From Cyanophora paradoxa CCMP329 (taxonomy: Eukaryota; Plantae; Glaucophyta): a stretch of DNA of 64,000 nt. Positions 58,301 through 64,000 of this stretch are shown here, in pieces (position 1 is the stretch's first letter; each line of letters starts with the position of its first letter). Made by a program: the position numbers and the translations under genes. The notes under the pieces were generated by a model. It was not told the origin of the DNA, searched no databases, and was given only the letters and a program-made list of their open reading frames with translations. The stretch lies in contig QPMI01000416.1 in assembly GCA_004431415.1 (NCBI GenBank), forward strand, positions 434,001 through 498,000. The letters run 5' to 3'.

Positions 58301-61300
58301 CTGGGGGGGGGTACAGGTGCAGGTAAGGCCCGAGGGAGCGGGGGGGGGGGCAAAGGTGCGGGGTACGGGAAGGGACGGACGAGAGGAGGTACGCGCGGTC
58401 GACGAGGGCGTGCAGGAGGATCTTGTAGTGCACGTGTACACCGTCCCCGACCTGCGCCGGGCTCGGGCTCAGGGGGGTACGGGAAAGAATATGGAGGGGG
58501 TACAGGGTGCGAACGGTGGGGATGTGGAGGGACGTTAGGAAGCGGTACGTCTCGAGGCGGTCGGCGTTGGGGCCGAGGCCGAGCGGCAGGCCGACCTCCC
58601 GGAGCAGCGCCGGAAGCACGCGCTGGAGGCGGGGTACGAGAATGAGCCGCGGGGGGGGTACGGCGTGCAGAGAGAGAGAAAAGCGGGAGCACCGGAGCGG
58701 AGACGAATCCGGAGGCGGTCGGGTCGTGCCGCTCCCACGCGCGCAAGAACGCGCGAACGTCCCTAAAAGGACGACGGCTCAGGGGGGTACGTCGAACTGG
58801 GAGGGGAGGGAAGGGAAGGGGGTACCGGTGCCGGACGAGGTAGAAGCGCTGGCGGACGTTCACGGCGAAGCGGTCGATCACGACGGCGACGAACAGGTTC
58901 AGGTACACGACCTGTTATTGTAAAGAGATTTTAAGATAGAACACTTAAGGATCTTGAAGAAAGAAAGAAAGAAAGAGTTATCGAACCTGGGCGACCCACA
59001 TCCAGCTCGCGAAGTAGAGGATGGCAGACGGGAGCCCGCAGTCGCCCCCGCCGCCCGCTCCCACGCCCGTACCCCCACCTCCTCCTGTACCCCCGCCCGC
59101 GCCGTCCCCGGGGCAGGCGTCGGGCGAAGCGATGGCCCACATGATCTCGTTCCAGTTCTCTGCGCGCGCGGCCCCGCGCCCGGCGGCGGCGCCGGGGTCA
59201 GCCCTCTAAGAAGGAAGGCAGGGAGGAAGCGGGGGCGGACCGCCAGTGATCATGCGGAAGAGGGTGAGGGTGGCGTAGCCGACGTTGGAGAAGTTGACGT
59301 GCTCCGAGAGCGGGCCCGACCACGGCGCCTGCCCGAACGCCTGCGAACAAGGGCGGGAGCACGCTCTCAACGAGACCCGAGACCCCATCTAGACGCCTCG
59401 CCCCGGCCTGGAGCCTAGACCCTTGAGCGGAGACGCTCATCTAAACGAGAACCCATCTGCCTATCTTATCTGCGTCTAGCCTCCGCGCCGCACCTGGACG
59501 CCGAGGACGGCGTAGACGAAGAAGAGCAGGGCGAAGGCCGCCGTCACCTCCGCCAGCTGCGGCAGGCAGCCCCTGCGCGAGGGGGAGAGGAGGGGGGCGG
59601 GGGAGGAGGAGGAGGTCAGAGGGACGAAGATGGAATTGTGAGATCTTGGCATCGTATTCTAAGCTGGCTTCTAATGTATGCTCTGCCTCGGGAATACGGC
59701 AAGGCGGCGGGGGCGGCGGCGGCGGCGGCAGCAGCAGCGAGCGCACATGATGGTCTCGAAGAGGAGGAGGAGGCCCCGCGTGCGGGCGAAGAGGCGGAAG
59801 ACGCGGGCCACGCGGAGCACCCGCAGCGCCCGCACCGCCGACACCGACCCCTGCGCAGGGGGGCGGGGGCGGCTCAGTGGGGTCGTGGCGGGGCGGGGCA
59901 GGGCGGGGCGGGGCGGGGCGCAGGACGAGCTCCTTAGAAGGGGGGCCGGCGCTAGCTAGTATCATTTATCGCCCTTCAGTATCGCCCTTCAGCCCACTAT
60001 ATCGCCCTATATATACAGCCCACTAATGATACTAGCTAGCTAGCTAGAATCAATTATCGCCCTTCAGCCCACTCCCCCCTGTCTTTGTCTTCCTTACGAG
60101 AGCTATTATCAGGGGCCTTTATTACAGCCTTAAAGGCTATTAAAGGCTATAGAGGATGTAAAGGCCGTATTAATGAGAGCTATTATCATCCCCGCATGGC
60201 TTCTCCTTCCCCTTCCTCTTATTACAGCCTTTAATACGGCGCGAGTGGGCGCACGCCAAGGTTGGAATCGTCGCCGCCGCCGCCGTTATACTATAAGAGC
60301 TTCTTATAGGAGCTTTCTTCTAAAAGGGCTTCTTATAAGAATAAGAGCTTCTCATATAGGGCGCACGCCGAGGTTGGAGTCGTCGCCGGCGGCGCCTGCA
60401 TAGAGCAGGGCGAGGTCGAGCAGCGCCCCCGCCGAGCAGACGACGACGATCACGAAGTCGCTGCGCCGCCACGCGTCCAGGAAGAACGCCTGCGGGAGGT
60501 GAGGGAGGGGGGGGGGAGGGGAGGGAGGAGAAGGTTAGGGTGGAGGGGCGCGCGCGAGTGACGAGTAAGGGGCTAACAACCAGAACCGATCCGGACGCCA
60601 GGCTATGCTACGCTAGACTGGCTAGGGTCTAGTCCTGTGGCGATTACCGGACGAAAAGAGGGGGGAGCGCGCGAGTGCCCTAATGGACTGAGGAGTCCAG
60701 CGAGATAGCTAGAGAGCCAGCGTGGACGCGTTAAGCGGAGGCGTCGAAGAAGCGTCCGTCTCCCGGGAGGCGCGCGCGGCAGCGGGAGGGGCGGTGAGGG
60801 AGGAGAAGGTTAGGGTGGAGGGGCGCGCGCGAGTGAGTGGCTGACTGAGGACCGAGGACTGACGCTAGCAGCGAGTTAGGGACTGAGGGGTTCGGGGAGC
60901 GAGCTAGGGAGCTAGTGTGGAGGGGTCCCGGGGGGTAGAGGGGGGAGGGGTGGGCGTGGGAGCGCCTAGGTGGCTAGAGAGCTGGCTAGCGTGGAGGGAA
61001 TAAGAGGAAAATGAGGCGTGGAATATGCGTCGGGAGGGGCGCCCGGACCGTGCGGCCGAAGGCGGCGAGCTTGACGAAGGCCTCGGCAAGGAAGAAGAGC
61101 GAGAAGGCGACGTTCAGCCACTGCGAGGGTCGGAGCGGGTCAGGTCAGATCACATCGGATCAGATCAGATCAGATCAGATCAGATCAGATAGATCAGGTC
61201 AGATCAGATCGCGGTCTGCTTAGAGTAGCTCTGAGGGGGGGAGGCGGGCAGAGCTCGGCCGGGCGCCCGAGCGCGGAGTGCAGGAGGCCTCTTTTTCTTG

Positions 61301-64000
61301 ATGGGGACAAGGGCGGGGGGGCGGGCGGGGGGGCGGGCACCACGAAGGTGTGGTTCCAGGCGGGCGTGCCCCCGTAGTGGTCGGCGACGAGCAGGGCGAC
61401 GTTGAGCGCGATCATCACCACGATCGCCGGCTCGAACCTGGAGGGGGAGATTTTGAGAAAGGGGAGACGAGGCCAGGCCGTGCCTCGCATTTCTAAGCTG
61501 GCCTAGTCAGGCTTCGAGGCTAGCCTAAGCCGAGCCTAGTCAGGCTTCAGACTTGCGGTCCACGACTTGCGGACGCAGTTCTTGCGGACGCCTTTCTAGC
61601 CCTTGGGTTCGCGTCTCTAGGCCGGGCTAGGCCAGACTTGTGCTTGCTCGCTTGCGGACCAGGACTTGCGGACGAGGCGGTAGAGGCGGCGGCGCCACTG
61701 GGCGCGGGGCTTGCGCATGCGGGGGCGGATCCCCGTCGACGTCGCGTACTGCAGCACCTGCCGGGGGCCGGGGGTCGGGCGCGGAGGCGCAGAAGGGCGG
61801 AAAAGGGCGGGGCGAGGCGAGGCGGGGCTAGGCGGCGCGCGGGCGCTCTTGGCATCCCAGCGGCCCCAGCGGCGGAGCGGCGGTGGGCGGGAACGGAGCG
61901 GGAGGGAGGGACGGCGGGCGGGTGCGACGGGGCGCCCGACGAACGAACGAACCTCCGCCCACTGCTTCTGGTCGTGGGAGAGCGCGTCCGCGTCGTACCC
62001 CTGCAGCGAGCGTGAGGAAAGAAGGAGGAGCGACAAGGAGTAGGAACGAAGGGGAAGCGCGCCTGGGAGGCGGCGGCGAGGGACATCTGCTCGCGGGACG
62101 GACGGCTCAGACGACATCGTCGCGGGGGGGAGGGGGGGGGGGTAGGAGGACCTGCTCGCGGGCGCGGGAGAAGGCGGAGACCACCACGGCGATGTACCAG
62201 TTGAGCACCACCTGTCGGGGGTGGGAAAAGGTGCAGGAGTTAGGAGTTAGAAGTTAGGCGACGAGCCTAGACTAATCTAGTGAGGAGAACCAAAGAGGAC
62301 TGATAGCTGAAGAAACTCATTTAGCAACTTGGAAGCCCTCCGACCTCGCGAGCTAAGAGCGAGACCAGCGGGGGCCGCCCAGCGCTCGGATTAACTAGTG
62401 AGTTAGTTATCACTAGACTAATCTAGTGAGTTAGTAATAAGACGAATCTAGTGATTTAGTTAGATCCGAGGACCGAGGAGGACTGATAGATAGCCAAAGA
62501 AACTCGTTTAACAACTCGGAAGCCTCCCGCCTCGCTAAGAGCGGGGGCTGCCCAGCGCTCGGACCCGGGAGAGCGACTAACGCCCGATCGAGGGGGGGTA
62601 CACTCGGACTCGGACTCGGGGAAGCCTCCGACCTCGCTAAGAGCGAGACGAGCACTCGGACCCGGCCGAACGACCAACGCCCGATCGAGGGGGGGTACAG
62701 GGCGCACGAAGACTCCTAGGAGGACGAAGGCGAGGAAGAAGACGGAGGCCGCCATCCCCGCGTTCGGCTCCGGGCCCTCGTCCACCTGGGGGGGGTACAG
62801 GGTTAGGGATATTTTCTTTTTTTTGGGGGGGGGGGTAAGCGGACCCCGCGGGCGTCGACGGCGTTCCACATGATCGCCATCCATCCCTGAGGCAGCGCGG
62901 GGTACGCCGAAAGTAAGATAAAACTAGATCGCGCCGTGTCTGGCGATAGAGAGGGGCTCCCGACGGGATCCGCTCGCGAACGAAGGGTGAGATGCGAGCG
63001 GGTCCCGTCCGTCGCGGAAGGGGATCGACAGGAGCTGGAAATAGATAGACAGAGAGAGAGAGGGCGGAATCCTATCGCTAGGGGGAAAGGGAGGGAAGCG
63101 CTCGCCTCGAACATGGCGACTTCGAAGCACGTCAGGAGCGCGTTCAGCACATTGTCGAAGCTGCGCCGGGGAAGAGAGGGAGCCGGGGTCAAGGTGTGGG
63201 GGGGGGGGAAGAGGAAGGACGAGGGGGGTACGCGCTTCGCGTGGTGGACGAGCCACCGCCTCTGCTGCTCCGTCTGCGCTCGCGCGGCGTCAGAATCGAA
63301 GAGAAGAAGTGGGCCCGAAGGGATTCGAACCCGGGTACTGGGATCGAGGAAGGAGCCGGAGCAGTCGTCCCGGAACTGAATCGAGCCGTCGTTGCAGTAC
63401 CCGTACCGGCCCATGAAGAGCTGTTCGGGGTAGGAGAAAATGAATCAGCGATGGGGGGGGAGCGAATGTGGCGGGGGGTACGCGGCGAGCCTGCACGCCG
63501 AGGGTGGCGAAGAAACCCCAGAACATCCAGATGAGACTGTACCCCCGGGGCGTAAGACAAGCGAGGCAGGCCGTTCGAATCAGGCGCAAGCAGGCCGTTG
63601 GGCATTAGCACTAGGCAAGCAGGCGCAAGGCCTGGAGCAAGCAAGCAGGGCGCGCGCGCGTCGTCGTAGATGGCGCACAGGGAGACGCGGAAGATGTAGG
63701 GGACCGCCTTGGCGACCGACATGACGATCACCTGCGCGGGGCGGGGCGGGGCGTGAGGCGGGCCGGGCGAGGGTACGGGAGAAAGGAAGGAAGGGGCGGG
63801 GCGCGCGGCGTAGGCGCGTGTATATCGTAGCTGGTTAAGGCTCGAGCTCTCTAAGAGCAGCTAAGCTTCTTTTCGAGCCCAATCAAGCTTCTCAGCGAGC
63901 TCAAACTCAACCGGGCTTCGAGCCGAGCTGGCTTCGAATCGAGCTGATCAAGCTCAAGCTCAACCAGCCTCAATCTCATCTTAGCTTGAGAGCGGATCGT
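55107..64000 (-). CDS. Four-domain voltage-gated calcium channel alpha subunit (Cav-like): domains III-IV and C-terminal tail; 5' part outside the window
   Basis: DIII pore SFDNVLNALLTCFEVAMFE|GWMAIMWNAVD with S6 FFLAFVLLGVF|VVLNWYIAVVV, and III-IV linker LSHDQKQWAE. DIV: FEPAIVVMIALNVALL, S4 LRVLRVARVFRLFARTRGL, pore VNFSNVGYATLTLFRMIT|GENWNEIM, S6 YLNLFVAVVIDRF. EF-like FLRAWERHDPTASGF and IQ motif AAVCLQARWRG follow. Inclusion of exons 55107-57430 is inferred. Confidence 0.9.
55289..55344 (-). repeat. (GGC)n trinucleotide repeat encoding poly-Gly in the channel tail
   Basis: Uninterrupted ccg run on the + strand, in frame with the last exon. Confidence 0.8.
61146..61210. repeat. (CAGAT)n pentanucleotide microsatellite in a channel intron
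   Basis: tcagatcagatcagat run seen directly, with a shorter similar run at ~58148-58180. Confidence 0.85.

Overview
This is GC-rich, gene-dense eukaryotic nuclear DNA with many short spliceosomal introns, so the ORF track fragments the real genes. A nuclear plastid-type ClpC with a Phe-containing N-terminal transit peptide and a four-domain voltage-gated Ca2+ channel point to an archaeplastid alga, most plausibly a glaucophyte such as Cyanophora (inference). Genes rebuilt by eye from exon translations are: a ubiquitin-like/HECT E3 ligase (+), a three-RRM/RS protein (-), a membrane RING E3 (+), a Sec23D-like protein (+), ClpC (-), a putative Ig-fold transcription factor (+), a head-to-head MATH-BTB pair, a ~15 kb multipass membrane protein (-), and the 3' half of a Cav-type channel (-). 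The ~15 kb gene combines an NHL propeller, FN3 domains, a ~5 kb (Ser-Pro)n stalk, a Flc/Pkd2 TRP-like membrane domain and a very long loop. Non-coding highlights are a ~330 nt four-hairpin element whose outer loops are complementary (31141-31467), a hAT MITE with an 8 bp TSD, a sense-biased intronic GTACCCC motif, and introns holding duplicated splice junctions in TAG/CTA-rich filler. Gene boundaries are manual and approximate, and no database searches were run.
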